Assembly (NCBI GenBank): GCA_951406725.2
Contig: OX597823.1
Span: 104,718,001-104,782,000, forward strand
DNA: 64,000 nt
DNA from: Octopus vulgaris
Taxonomy: Eukaryota
Reading direction: 5' to 3'
A model generated the notes under the pieces. It did no database searches. It was not told the DNA's origin and saw nothing but the letters and a program-made list of their open reading frames with translations. The translations under genes and the position numbers were made by a program. Positions 12,327-25,894 of this stretch are shown in pieces (the first letter of the stretch is position 1; every line of letters starts with the position of its first letter).

Positions 12327-13141
12327 GCAAGACTAGATAGGAAAAGGCATGGTTGAGGTACAAGTGTGGCTGTGGTGCTGATGTAATTTTAGCACAGACA
12401 TGGCTGAATGCTAAGATGTTAGCTTCTGAACCACAAGGTTCAGCTGAATGTGAATATCTTTTATACCCATGTGTGTTACAAACTATCCTGCAGCAAACTG
12501 CAGTTTCGGTCAGGGAGCAAATAAAAATTTTAATAATAATATAGGGTTAAGATTAATTAATTAATTGTTTAATAATTAATAATTCTACCAAGTAGTGAGT
12601 ACGTTAAAATAACCTTTTTAGGAGAATTACACAAAATATTCTATAAGTTTCTTTTTGCCTACATAAAAAAGTGTGTTATTGTCTCAGAAATACTTATGGT
12701 AGTTGAAATGACATTCATGTCTATTTCTAATTTCAGTACGTGGCAAAGCAATTAGCTGGCCCCTGATTATAATTATGCATATAATTATAGAATATTTTGT
12801 ATATATATATATCATCATCATCATCATCATCATCATTTAGCGTCCGTTCTCCATGCTAGCATGGGTTGGACGGTTCAACTGGGGTCTGTGAAGCTGGAAG
12901 GCTTCATCAGGCCCAGTCAGATCTGGCAGTGTTTCTACGGCTGGATGCCCTTCCTAACGCCAACCACTCCGTGAGTGTAGTGGGTGCTTTTTACGTGCCA
13001 CCCGCACAGGTGCCAGACAGAGCTGGCAAATATATATATATATGTATATTTGTATGTGTGTATATATATATATATATATGGATATACATATATAAATATA
13101 TACATATATATATGTGTGTGTATGTGTGTATGTGTGATTGA

Positions 13142-13173
<32 letters not shown>

Positions 13174-13416
13174 GTGTGTGTATGTATAGTCACCATATTT
13201 CCTTCCGTATTGGCTAACTCTGATGAGTATAAAGTTATATAATTGGATTGTTACCCAACACTCCATTGTATTTTTTATGTGAAACTGATTGGTAAGATCA
13301 GCCCTGATGGATATTTAATACTATACATTTTGGATAATATATATATATATATATATATAAGCTCAGTTCATAATGTTAGATGTATCTAAAATATATACAC
13401 ATGTATGTATCTATCC

Positions 13417-13470
<54 letters not shown>

Positions 13471-14990
13471 GTATACAATATTTGTATATATGTGCAAATG
13501 TATTTGTGACTCCTTGTCTTGACTTTGCTCAATATTTGTAAACAATAGGCACATGGTTCCAGGCTCAGTCCCACTGCATGGTACCTTGGGCAAGTGTCTT
13601 CTACTATAACCTCGGGCTGACCAAAGCTATCTGTGTAGATTTAGTAGATGGAAACTGAAAGAAGCTTGTCGTATATATATAAGTGTATGTGTGTGTGTGT
13701 GTGTGTATATGTTTGTGTGGCTGTATTTGTCCCCACCATCACTTGACAACCGATGTTGGTGTGTTTATGACTCTGTAACTAGGTAGTTCAGCAAAAAAAA
13801 CCAATAGAATAAGTACAAGGCTTACAAAGTCCTGGGGTTGTTTTGTTCGACTAAAGGTGGTGCTCCAGCATGGCCACAGTCAAATGACTGAAACAAACAA
13901 ATGAATAAAACAATAAACTTCTCTATCCCAAAGGCCGTATCATTCGTCTGCAATCTTCCATGTAAACATTTCCAACTAATACACTGTTTGTGTTTAAAGG
14001 ATTAAGGGGTGGGGGAGAAATATTTTCTTACTTGGAAACAGGTGTGGGTTGGGGACAAGAAGAGCATCTGTCTCAATAAATTTCCTCTTCCCTACACAAG
14101 CATGGAAAAGTGGATTTATACAAAGACTCTGTTTACATTTTCAATGTGGAGTTTTAGTTATTAATTCTTCATTGGTAGTTTGCAATTTTAAATATGCTGG
14201 GTGGGAAGACAAGCTGGACCACACCAATATTTGAGTTTTCATATATTTCATTTAACCCACATCATATATATTTACATGTGTTCATATAAATAAGTCAACA
14301 GAACTATGTTCATGAAACCATAGATATAATAGTTAGGAATCTTCTGTAATACAATATATTAGATCTTATAATGAAGCAGTTCATAGTTATTGAAGATAAA
14401 ATCAGTAGGAAGAGTTGAAACTACAGCATATAGACAAAGTGTGATTTGATACTATGATCAAGGTTGGTACCTTTTGTTGAAAACCACACAAGCATGTTAA
14501 ATAAGAAAATGGGAAAGAGGGCAAGAGACCAACTCACTGAGCAAAGAGACATAGTTTTGTATGGAATGCTGAATAGCTCTAATCTGAGATACAATTTGCC
14601 TGCTTTTTATAGCTGTAAGCCAAATTTCCCAGAACCTTTCACCAAGCTATTTGGTGGGAAAAACTTGCACACTTCATCTGAAATTTTCCACATCAACCAT
14701 TACAAGTCAGCTAATCCTAATTGGTCAAGCATATTCACATAGGCATTAATGCTCTTTACAATGATATGGTATGCTGTCCTACTTACTCCCTGTGAAATTC
14801 ATCACATTACCTGTAAGAATTTATCCCTTGCTGATTAGTCAAGCCATATTCACATTAATACCTTTTATGACGATGTAGTTGGTTGTGGCCCTGAGCTGGA
14901 AAAACTCGAGAGTGATAGTTTTAAATATTATCATCATCCGCTCAACAATCTTTGAATTTTTCTCATAACATTTGAAACTGGCTGAATTTA

Positions 14991-15376
14991 CATAAGCCAT
15001 TAACTTTTGCTCTTCAGTCTAAATTAGAGAAATATTCTCCAAGGGAAACTAGGAGCCTTGATTCTGTATTGCAGTTTACTGCCGACATCCATTATATTCA
15101 AGATTCTTATAATGATGCAGCTGATGCCTTATCCTGAGTTCATGTCATTTCTTTGTACTTTCTATTAATTTGGTAAGTATTCTTATGGACAAAGATTTGG
15201 ATGAAGAATTACAACTACTAAAAACACTCTGTGTCATCTTTAGAATTCTGTTTTGTTCCTGTCTCTGCTTCCATCATGCCCGTTGGGTAAGATATTTCTA
15301 CCGGTCATTAACGACCTTTTCTGTCTGCTAAACATAGCTACTCAATTTTTTTCTGCTCTTGACAATTTATCTCAGT
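14991..15376 (+). mobile_element. Gypsy LTR retrotransposon pol relic (RNase H C-terminus to integrase zinc-binding region)
   Basis: Manual translation HKPLTFALQSKLEKYSPRETRSLDSVLQFTADIHYIQDSYNDAADALS*, then DISTGH*RPFL; stops present. Confidence 0.75.
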
Positions 15377-15636
15377 CTATTGAAAGAATATAAAAAGCTT
15401 TCGTTCCTGCTCATACACCTGAGATAACTCCATATTCACACACAACAGCAGAATTACTTATACATATACAGACATTCTCAGTACACAAAACTATCGTTCC
15501 ATAAAAAGACGTAGCCACTATGTAAAATACTATGTATAGTACCTTATTTTTGTGCTATAACTACACATATTTTGGAGAATTTTGCACTCTGTATACATTG
15601 TGAAATATTTTTTCATATGGTTTATGTAATATTAGA

Positions 15637-15968
15637 TCATCATCATTTAACATCCATTTTCCATATTGACATGGGTTGGATGGCTTGACTGGAGTTGACA
15701 AACCAAAGGACTACACCAAACTCCACTATTGGTTTTGGCATGGTTTCTATGGCTGAATGCCCTTCCTAACACCAACCACTTTACAGAGTGGACTGGGTGC
15801 TTTATGTGGCACCAGCATCAGTGAGGTCACCAGGTAAATTGCAAGACAAAGATCCTTTGAGAGGGGAAGAGTACTAGCAGAGATGGCTTTGCGTCAGGTG
15901 ATGAGAGATTAGACTCTGACAGAGGGACAGAAACAGGCGTCTTGTAAAGGAGATACATGGTTACCACA

Positions 15969-16041
<73 letters not shown>

Positions 16042-17420
16042 AGAGTGAAAGAGAGTGAGGGTGGAAGAGAGCAAGAGTGAGAGACATGGTGGTGGAATGC
16101 CAGGTATAGGGATGAGAATATAAATTGGATGGTAGAGCCTTGCTAAGGGGGTTCATGTGAATTCAAAGAAGTGGGAAGTGGATAATGCAGTGAGTGGTGA
16201 CACCTGGGTATATTGAGTGAGGAGACAACAGTACAGCAATGATACACAGTGGGTAGGGCAGTGAGGACAGAATTGGGCTGCAGGAATGAGGGGGAAACAT
16301 AAACATAGTGTAAGTAAAAGAGGATATGAGTAGAAGAAGAGGAGAGACGTTTATTAGGGTACAAAGTGTGAAAAATGTTTATGTTACATCTGCGTAGAAC
16401 ACAGTGTTTCCAGATCTCAGTAAGATGGGTGGGTCTTCTCAAGAATCTCATATTCCCAGACATCTCAGTCTATTGTCATCTCTTTGGTGAGGCCCAACAT
16501 TCTGAGATCAGTCCTTACCACTTCATCCCAAGTCTTCCTAGGTTTCCCTCTTCCACAGTAGCCATATACATTAAGTGATCAGCACTTCTTTATACAGCTG
16601 TCCTCATTCATACGCATCACATGTCCAAACCAACGCAGTCTTCTCTCTTGCATGCTATGTCTGATTTCTCTTATGCCCAACTTTTCTCTCAGCCCATTTA
16701 CACTTTGTTGTACATGCACACTGATGGTGCATTTCCACTGGAGTAAACTAGCTTCATTCTTCTCTAGTTTACACATTTAGAACCTATGTTTTATTCCCAT
16801 AGAGTATAGCTGTTTGTACATTAGCATCATACAATCTGCCTTTCACTCTGAGAAAGAGTCCTCTGTTGCTAACAGAAGTAATAACTCTTTGAACCTCTTC
16901 CATTCTATTCTTATTCTTGCAACAATACATTTAGAACATCCTCCACCACTGCAAATTTGATCACTTAGGTAACAGAAACAAGTTAAGAGTGCCCCCTGGG
17001 CATTTGGGAGAGTCTAATTCCTGTGTGTCCTGAGTGTTTATTGCTCCCCCACAATAGCCACGTACAAAGATGACATTCTGTCAATCTACCTGTGATTCTG
17101 TTGCACTTCTTACATCTCCATATCTTGTAATGGGTGCAGCAAATGGAACTTCTTCCAACACCTTTCTTTCACTGAATTCATTAGTGTGTTCATGGTTGAC
17201 TCTCATCTACTAACACCACTGCTATACATGACTTGTACAGCTCTAACAAGCCACTCATCTACTCCTAACTTCCTAAGAGACCACTTGATAACAGAGTGAG
17301 GGACTCTGTCGAAAGTTTTCTCCAGGTTAACAAAAGCCAAATACAGTACAGTGACCAGATACTTCTCCTGTAGCTGTCTCACTAGGAAGATGGCATCTGT
17401 AGAACTCTTCCCAAGCACAA
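15637..17420 (-). mobile_element. Old decayed RTE LINE (3' UTR + RT/PHD/C-terminal fragments)
   Basis: STDAIFLVRQLQEKYL..AFVNLEKTFDRVP and QERRLRWFGHVMRM match the intact ORF; PHD relic near 17050-17170. Confidence 0.85.
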
Positions 17421-19077
17421 TTCTGGTGAGCTGGCAGAATTGTTAGCATGCTGAGCAAAATGATTAGCAGCCTTTTGTCTGTCTCCACATCCTGAGTTCA
17501 AATTCTGCTGAGGCTGACTTTGTCCTTCATCCTTTTGGAGTTGATTAAAATAAATACCAGTTGAACACTGGGGTGGATGTAACTGACTTCCCCACTCTCC
17601 CAAAATTGCTGGCCTTGTGCCAAAATTGGAAATCAGTATTCTTAGTCTTTCAAGTATTTCTTTTTTTAATGAATAGAGAAAAACAAAATAAAAAATTATT
17701 CCAAATCCTTTTAATGTCGACTTGTTTTGATTTATTTCCTTTTCTGTGAAATTCCCATTTCAATTTAAGATGACAAAGTGGAGAAGAAGGGGAATAAGGT
17801 CAATTATTTGTCTTATTCTTGGCTGTCTGTAATTTTACCAGACTCATACCCAGACCCGGACCATATTCTGTTTGAAATAGGAACCTTTATTTCTAAACTA
17901 ATATAGGTTTGTATAGGTTTGAATTGTGTATGGTGCTGTGTTTGTGTGGCCTGGAGATAGACATCTGGCGATGATCAGAGATTAAACTGATTGAGACAAA
18001 GCATAGATGCAAATATTGTTTCTAATTTAGGCGCAAAGCCAATGATTTTGTGGCAAAGGGATTAGTCAATATCAGCAATCCCAGAACTTGACTAATGTTA
18101 TATTTTATCAACACTGAAAGAATGAAAGCAAAGTTGACCTCCAGTAGATGTGAACAGAACAGCATAGATGTACATATATATACAAAAGAAAAACAGTATT
18201 TCATTTACAAAGATGAGATTAATCATATTGACAATTTGCATATTGTAAAATTTTCATCCTGATGATGACAACTATGATGATGATGATGATGATGCTGGGA
18301 ATGGTAGTGACAGTGATGATGATGATGGCGATGATGATGATGATAATGCTGGGAATGCTAGTGACATTGATGATAATGATGGCAATGATGATGATGATGA
18401 TGATGATGACAGTGATGGCAAAGATACTGCTGCGGACACCGCTAACAATGACAGCGCCACCACTGGCACTGACACCGATGACAATATCACTGCCACCACT
18501 GTCAAAGATGATGACGATGATAATAATGATAATGATGTTAGTGGTGGCGGTGGCGGCGGCGGTGGCGGTGGTGGTGATGACGATGATGCTGATGGTGGTG
18601 GTAGCTATAGCAATTTGAAGACAATGACAATGGCAACAAACAACGATGGTGATGGTGTTGATGAGGACAAGGATCGTGACACCAATGATAATAATGACAA
18701 TGATAATGGCTTCAAAGTTTATTCATTTATATGCATAAAATATTCACCCTGTAGGAAGGAACTCTATAAAACCAACATAAGTCTCTATTCTATGGATTTT
18801 TCCCCAATTCTATGATAACATTGTATTTGACAATATGCATCCATAACAATTCTAATGTCTATTTTTCCAGCTATGCTCTTACACAAAACTGTTAATCTGC
18901 ACTTAACAATAAATTTTTGCTCTGTTAAATATACATCTTCCATGGCTATAACTAGAATTGCCCATTCTTTCTCTGAAGCTAAGAAGCAATTTTCATTTTT
19001 GACTAGTGATTATGTGTGTGTGTGTGTGTGTATGCATATATATATATCTATATATATCTATATATGTATCTATATAT

Positions 19078-19108
<31 letters not shown>

Positions 19109-19112
19109 CATA

Positions 19113-20137
19113 CAGGTGTCGATAAATAAATTATCGTCTAAATTAATACAAGAATGAAAATAACACTGACATCTCATTTTAACAGATATATTTACTAGAA
19201 TTACATAAAAATATCTTGAAATATTAAAGAGTAAATTCATTCGATAAAATCGCCACTGGCTCCAACCACGGCCTCCAGATGACTTTGGAATTTCCTGAAA
19301 CTCTTCTGGATGGTCTCCTTGTTTAATATGGTGAATGCTGCCATAATCCTTGCCTTCAGTTCATCTTTAGTGTTGCAAGGAGTTTTGTTGGTCTCTTGCT
19401 CAACTGTGACCCACACATAATAATCAAAGGGTTTGCAGTCTGGAGAGTTAGGTGGTCAGATGATAGGGGTGATGTCACAGAAATTGTCTGACAGTCATGA
19501 CTGGGTTCTCCTGCTTGTGTGATATGGTGCAGAGTCCTGTTGCCAGACTTAGGGTCTTTCAACAGCCATTCTATTGAGCCAAGGCAGCATAACCTCCTCC
19601 AGGCACTTGCTGTAGGCTTCTGTGTTGAGGCTGAGGCCGAGTGAGAAGATGAATGAAGGCATAACGTCATCATCACTAGTGATCACTCCAAACACTATGA
19701 TGTTAACTAGATGCTTAATTTTTATCACTCATTGTACATGTTTTGGGGACATGGCTAGCCAGTGGTTGTTCTGTGTGTTCATCATCTGAGTTTGGCAGAA
19801 ATTTTTCTCATCTCAGAAAAACCAAAGTATGTTCCATTGCAGGGGATGCTTGAGTTTGTTCAAAAGCTTCGTAGTGTGGTCTTTCCACTTGTCTTTGATG
19901 ACTTGGGATAAAAATTGGCCCTTTCTCATCTTTGGCTTCCTGCACTACCTGCCTGATAAGAAACTCAGACACTCTGATGTCCCTGGCTATGGACCTGATT
20001 GACTTGGAAGGATCGTTGTCAATCATGGCCTGAATCTCACCAACAAATTCAGGAGTTCTTGTCTTATCAGAATGCTCAGAGTGAGTTTTCCAAGCTGCCT
20101 TACCTTTGTAATCACCATTAGACTCATCCATCTCTTT
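19113..20137 (-). mobile_element. Decayed Tc1/mariner-superfamily transposon (maT/DD37D-like), cut by a PLE
   Basis: TA-caggtgtcgataaataaatt end; HTH DPSKSIRSIARDI and a PNSPDCKPFDYYVW-like motif on minus. Confidence 0.7.
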
Positions 20138-20846
20138 CAGTTCTATATTTAAGATATGAGGAATTATGTACATTATTTACATTATTTACATCTGAAGGAT
20201 ATTTGTCCTCATCTTGTTTGTTGTTAACACAACGTTTCGGCTGAAATAACCTCCAGCAAATATCCCCTTTGAGTAAAACCACCAATAGAAGAGAATATGA
20301 CCAAGAACTGTGTGTACTACATCCCATGCAGGTGTAGTAGGTTATACAAAGGCGAAACATGTTTCCCCCTCAAAATAAGGGTAGACGAACATCGCAAAGC
20401 TGTGACACAGGGAGATATTGATAAATCGGGTATAGCTGATCATGTATGGAAAAATGGAGACCACCTCCACCTGTGGGGTGAAGTTAAAATAATAGACAGA
20501 GAGCACCACTGGAAAATACGAAAACTAAAAGAAGCAGCACATATGCTAGGGCACAACAACCTCCTAAGCAGACCGACTGCAGATATGAGTAGCATATAGG
20601 AACCGGTATTAAGGAAGGATAGAAAAATATTAGATTTATAAGACCTAAAATTCACTCCATAATTGCCCACGGGCAAATGGTGTAGTGGTTAAGTAGTTAA
20701 GAATGTGGTTAAGAATGCGGGCTACTAACCCCAAGATTCCGAGTTCGATTCCAAGCTGTGACCTGAACAATAATGGTGGTGGTGGTGGTGGTGGTGGTGG
20801 TGGTGGTGATGATGATGATGATGATCTCACTTAGGAATGAGAACCT
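20138..20846 (+). mobile_element. Penelope-like element: inverted partial pLTR (20138-20257) + GIY-YIG C-terminus (20297-20642) + start of pLTR with tRNA-like head
   Basis: VYYIPCRCSRLYKGET..RVDEHRK..SGIADHVW..RKLKEAAHM; inverted 5' pLTR is typical PLE architecture; same pLTR family as 41393-42269. Confidence 0.85.
20671..20764 (+). promoter_or_regulatory. tRNA-derived Pol III promoter-like segment within a PLE pLTR
   Basis: Box A-like tggtgtagtgg, anticodon-arm-like ggg-ctactaa-ccc, box B gagttcgattcc; no acceptor stem; copies at 41570-41642(-) and 41668-41741(+). Confidence 0.7.
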
Positions 20847-21360
20847 CTGAAGAAGGCTGTCATCAGCCAGGTTTTTCATTGTCCACCAAATCGCTCTCGC
20901 CAACCCTGAAGGGGAGCTGGGGCAATTGCTTTGTAGATGAATTCTCCTGGTTGACGATGGAGGGCATGACCCAGCCAATGTCTCATTAGGATGACTTGTC
21001 TTTCAGTCTTTGCGACTTTTTCAACTTAGATTAAGGCATGAAAAACAATTAAATTGAGGAAAAATTAAATGAAATGTCTTTTAAAAATATTTCTATAGTT
21101 TCCAAATACGAGGGACATTTTCCTTTTTTTCTCTCTGTTGCTGTCTCTCTTTTTTACTCATGTTTTTCTTTGTTTTTCTTGCTTTACTCAGACCCTCTGA
21201 TGTCTCTGGCAATGGACCTGACTGACTTGGAAGGATCGTTGAAAAAGTCATATAGACTGAAACTGGTACTAAAATGTTCTTCATGATAAAATTATTTTAG
21301 TATTTTCTACCTTGTCTTATTTTGCATAAATACATACATACATAGTACATACATACATAA

Positions 21361-21419
<59 letters not shown>

Positions 21420-21905
21420 TTTCTTCCACTACAAACTGGAGCGTTATCATAGACTTTTTAGAAACACATGGAAAATGCATGCATTGATAGACAAAGAAAA
21501 TCATTTAACCAATAAATAAATAAATAAATAAATAGATAGATAAATAAAAAGAATGGAGATTATTCTTAATGAGGAAATGCTTTTGGTAAATGTATAGATG
21601 TCATAACTGCCACTGCCAAACCTTGGAAGGTTGAAACGGAATTCATTATTTATTGATGAATACATCTGTTCATATTAAGTGAAGCATCTGACACCAGTGA
21701 GTAGGTTATGCAAATATTTATCTTCATCATATATGTAGAAGGAAACAAGCACATGAATTGCACTGTAGCATTTCTGGAACATTGGCACAGAATCTGCATT
21801 TCAGATGGGCTACGTGTACATGGGTAATGACCAGAAATGATACAAATTTACAGACTGATACCATTTAGAATAGTATTTGTATGTATAATACTTAATATGG
21901 ATATA

Positions 21906-22990
21906 TGAGGACCAGCTGAAAAGTCCATAGGCTGACCAAGATACTCTCTTGGAATGTGACAAAATGAGGTTTATTTTTCAACATAATCCCTTTTGTGCTC
22001 CACTTCTTCCATTGGTGTTGTAATGCTTGGATCCCATCGGTGAAGAAGCTTTCTTCCTCTTAGTCAAAAAAGTCGTCAACAGCAGATGTGACATCATCAT
22101 CACTGCAATACTAGCCAATTATTTTTTCATGTTGGGAGCAAAATTGATTGTCAGGTGGAGCCAAATTAGAAGAACAGGGATCATGTCCAACCATTTAAAA
22201 GCTACAGTCACACACAGCAGCCATTGAGTGCAAAGTCTTATGTGCCGGACCATTGTCCTGATGAAACAGGACCATCTTTTGTCAGCTTTCCAGGCTTTTT
22301 GGTTTTGACAGCTTTTCATAATTGCCTCTGCATGTTGGCACAGTACTCTCCATTGACGACGTGGTCCTTTTAAAGGTAGTCAATAAACAATGCCTTTTGC
22401 ATCCCCTAAACTGATGTTGGCACAAGTTGATGATGTGGTCCTTTTAAAGGTAGTCAATAAACAATGCCTTTTACATCCCCCCAAACTGATGTTGGCACAA
22501 GTTGATGATGTGGTCCTTTTAAAGGTAGTCAATAAACAATGCCTTTTGCATCCCCTAAACTGATGTTGGCACAAGTTGATGATGTGGTCCTTTTAAAGGT
22601 AGTCAATAAACAATGCCTTTTGCATCCCCTAAACTGATGTTGGCACAAGTTGATGATGTGGTCCTTTTAAAGGTAGTCAATAAACAATGCCTTTTTCATC
22701 ACCCAGAACTGAGGCAATTATCTTCCCTACTGATGAAATAACCTTGGCCTTCTTCGGAATAAGTGAGGAGAGGTGTTTTCTCTGCACGGATTGTCTCTTT
22801 GTCTCCGGCTTTAAGTGATAAAGCCAACCTACTATGAATAGAAATGGATTGCAAAGGCACAAAGAAAATGCAAGTTATGCAAGTCCAGAGACAGCTCCTT
22901 GCCCTCAATCCCAACAGACTGCCAGTGTCAGAGCCTTTTGAACATGCATCAGACTGATTGGTCACAGTCAGCCACACCGCATCCATCTTC
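21906..22990 (-). mobile_element. Decayed mariner transposon with an internal 74-75-bp tandem array (22333-22700)
   Basis: TA-tgaggaccagctgaaaagt end; KRQSVQRKH..PKKAKV..SVGKIIASV..DEKGIVY transposase motif; repeat anchors at 22376, 22450, 22525, 22599, 22673. Confidence 0.8.
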
Positions 22991-23051
22991 TCTTATGTGA
23001 TGTCCTTGATTTTAGTCAACAACGACTGACAAACTAATAATAATAATGATG

Positions 23052-23103
<52 letters not shown>

Positions 23104-23215
23104 TGATAATAATGATAATAATAATGATGTTGATGATGATGAAGAACTCCCCCGTCGAATATGACATGCATACATGGAAGATGGATGTTAAATGACGATG
23201 ATGATGATGATGATG

Positions 23216-23255
<40 letters not shown>

Positions 23256-23294
23256 GTATATATGATGATATATATATATATATATGTATATATA

Positions 23295-23529
23295 CAGGCC
23301 GGCCCAAAAGTAGGTTTACAGTTATCATGTAGGCACTTTAAATTTCTTTCAAAACATTTTATTACATTTAAATTTCTATTTTACAAACTGAAAAGGGAGC
23401 TTGACAAAATTAACTTAATTAGCATAGAATAATGATTTCATATGCTTTTATTATTAAAGTCTAAACTGTTAATATATGAATGAGAAAGAGCTAGTTGAAT
23501 AACTGTAAACCTACTTGTGGGCCACCCTA
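23295..23529. mobile_element. Tc1/mariner-type MITE
   Basis: ~30-bp imperfect TIRs caggccggcccaaaagtaggtttacagtta / taactgtaaacctacttgtgggccacccta within TA runs. Confidence 0.85.
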
Positions 23530-23541
23530 TATATATATATA

Positions 23542-23808
23542 TATCTGTAAATGTAATATGTGATAATTATTCGGTAGCCATGATAAACCTCCGAGTTTCA
23601 GATGCCGAGGTGGAAATCCACGCCACCATCTTTCCGATGGCTGGATAACTGAAAAGATGGCAGCATGGATTTCCACCTCAGCATCTGAAACTTGGACGTT
23701 TATCATGGCTACCGAATAATTGTCACATATTACATTTACAGATAAAATTCCTCTATTTACATAATATTGAGGTCTCTTTCTTTCTTTTGTTGTCTTACTG
23801 TTTTTTAT

Positions 23809-23811
<3 letters not shown>
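23542..23811 (+). mobile_element. Probable PLE pLTR with inverted upstream copy (~95-bp-arm hairpin, 23542-23744) and degenerate hammerhead (23644-23704)
   Basis: Arms read directly; right arm GAUAA-CUGAAAA-GAUG..CAUC-U-GAAA..UUAUC; flanked by (TA)n. Confidence 0.6.
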
Positions 23812-23846
<35 letters not shown>

Positions 23847-24345
23847 TGGTGTTGGTTTGTTCATATTCCTATAACTTAGCATTTCAGCAAAAGAAATCAA
23901 TAGAATACGTAACAGACTTTATTTAAAAGGAAAAAATTTGTACTGGAGTTAATTTGTTTGACTGAACCCGTAGAGATGGTGCTCAAGCATGGCCACAGGC
24001 CAATGACCGAAATAAGTAAAAGAAAGAAGATAAAAGAAAATCTGAGAAAGTTAACCTGTGATGGATCCATTTCTTATTGGATAAGAGATTTAACTTTCTT
24101 CCAATATCCAAAATCTATCGGAATCTTGATTGATTATATTTGGCAACAGATGTGTTTCATTTTTGACCCCTCTGAGATAACTGAGTAACTGATTGGTACC
24201 ATTCTCTTTGGTATATATATATATCTTTCAATATCACCTCATTCAGCCAAATTTAACTGGGTAACCTCCACTTAACTCTTAGAAATAGCAGTGAATTCTT
24301 GCACAAATCACACCCTACCATTTAGAAATGAAAGTAAACATTATT

Positions 24346-25231
24346 CAAGGTGACATCAAAATATCCCTGGACTAATTATGTTTCATATAAAAATTACTTA
24401 TTTACCTAAGTTTTATCATCATCTCCTTCGAAGTGGTCACCGTGCACAGCAATACACCAGTCCCAGTTTTCCTGCCACTTTTGGAATCCAGCCTGGAAGT
24501 CAATTTTCATAAGTGAATCAAAGACCTTCTGCAATTCACTCTGCATCTTGACAATGGTGTTAAAACAGTGACCTTTGAGCTGCATTTTCATCTCGTGGAA
24601 GAGTCCACAGGTGCTGAATCTGGCAAATAGGGCAGGTGTAGAAGTGATATCAGGTTGTTCTTGGCAAGAAACTCTTGAGTGAGGAGAGCTCAGTGAAACG
24701 ATGCCTTGTTGTCATGAAGAATCCAATTCTTTGCACTTCACAGAATCAGCTGCTTTTTCTGAATGTCTTCCCCCAAATGCCTCGAAATGTCACAGAACCC
24801 TCAATCGATGGTGCAGCCTGAGAGATGAATTCTCAATGCACAATATTGCGGGTGTTGGAAAAAAATGACAAGCAGGCTCTTGATTGACCTGTGACTCTGT
24901 CATGCACCTTTATCACTCAAAACATTGCATATGACCCATTGCCTCATCACTGTAAGCTTGCCAAAGCATGCTCAATGCCTCTGTAGCAGATGTCTCAAAA
25001 TTTCACATTGGCTCTTTGTTTCAGCTTCCTGTCCATGGCAAAAATCGCAGACTGCAGTACACATGTGATCGCAAAAACACAAATTTCACAACTTGTGAAG
25101 TAAACAAAGCAATGTCACTCAGTACACTGCCTCATGGAGATCTCTGCGAGCTCTCACTGCACATGCAACCATGTACCACCATCTGTAGGCATACTATAGA
25201 ACTAGTCTGGGAACTTTTTGATACCACCCCA
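24346..25231 (-). mobile_element. Internally deleted mariner transposon
   Basis: Imperfect TIRs; C-terminal motif MKMQLKGHCF..FQKWQENWDWCIAVHGDHFEGD (24406-24591). Confidence 0.8.
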
Positions 25232-25592
25232 TATACAATTTTACTTTGACTGGAATGATTACTGAGTAATCCTCCAGTTCAAAGCAAAATGTGATTTTAT
25301 TATAACAACATAAAAACAAGCATTAATATACACACATACACCTATTTACATACCAATCAATTTGTACATTAACAGGTAGCATTCTGAGACACGTTCCTAC
25401 TTTATTACAGCTACCAGAATAGACACAATTTGTGACACAGCTCCATATATTATATATCTAACATGAAATTGGTAAAGTGTATTCCTCTATTTTAAAATAT
25501 AATTAAATTCTAATTTATTTTAATATATTCTCTGCGCATTTTCAACTTCATTTCTTCTATTTCTCTAATTGTTTGCATTAATAACAATTTTT

Positions 25593-25667
<75 letters not shown>

Positions 25668-25894
25668 CTTCTAATATAGGATAAATTTTTTTTTCAAAAA
25701 GTTTCAAAGTGGTAGCATATTAAAATACCTTTAAACAATTATAAACAAGGGCAAAAGAAAAATGACTTCTATGCCAATATGCTGAGAATAGACTTTAAAT
25801 TGTCAATCACCACATTACAATATACATTCACCATGAATACACATTGTGCTGAAATTGAGGAAGGCAAGTTAACAAATTTTTTTAAATTTGTTAT

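Noticed and set aside
12540-12800. AT-rich unit with a short inverted end and possible HHR on minus
   Set aside because: Core too degenerate to support
20847-20875. cugaagaaggcug-ucau-cagcc after the truncated pLTR
   Set aside because: Lacks GAAA and stem III, so it is not a complete hammerhead
21197-21243. ~45-bp echo of transposase sequence at 19975-20020
   Set aside because: Too short to interpret; probably a repair filler or fragment of another copy
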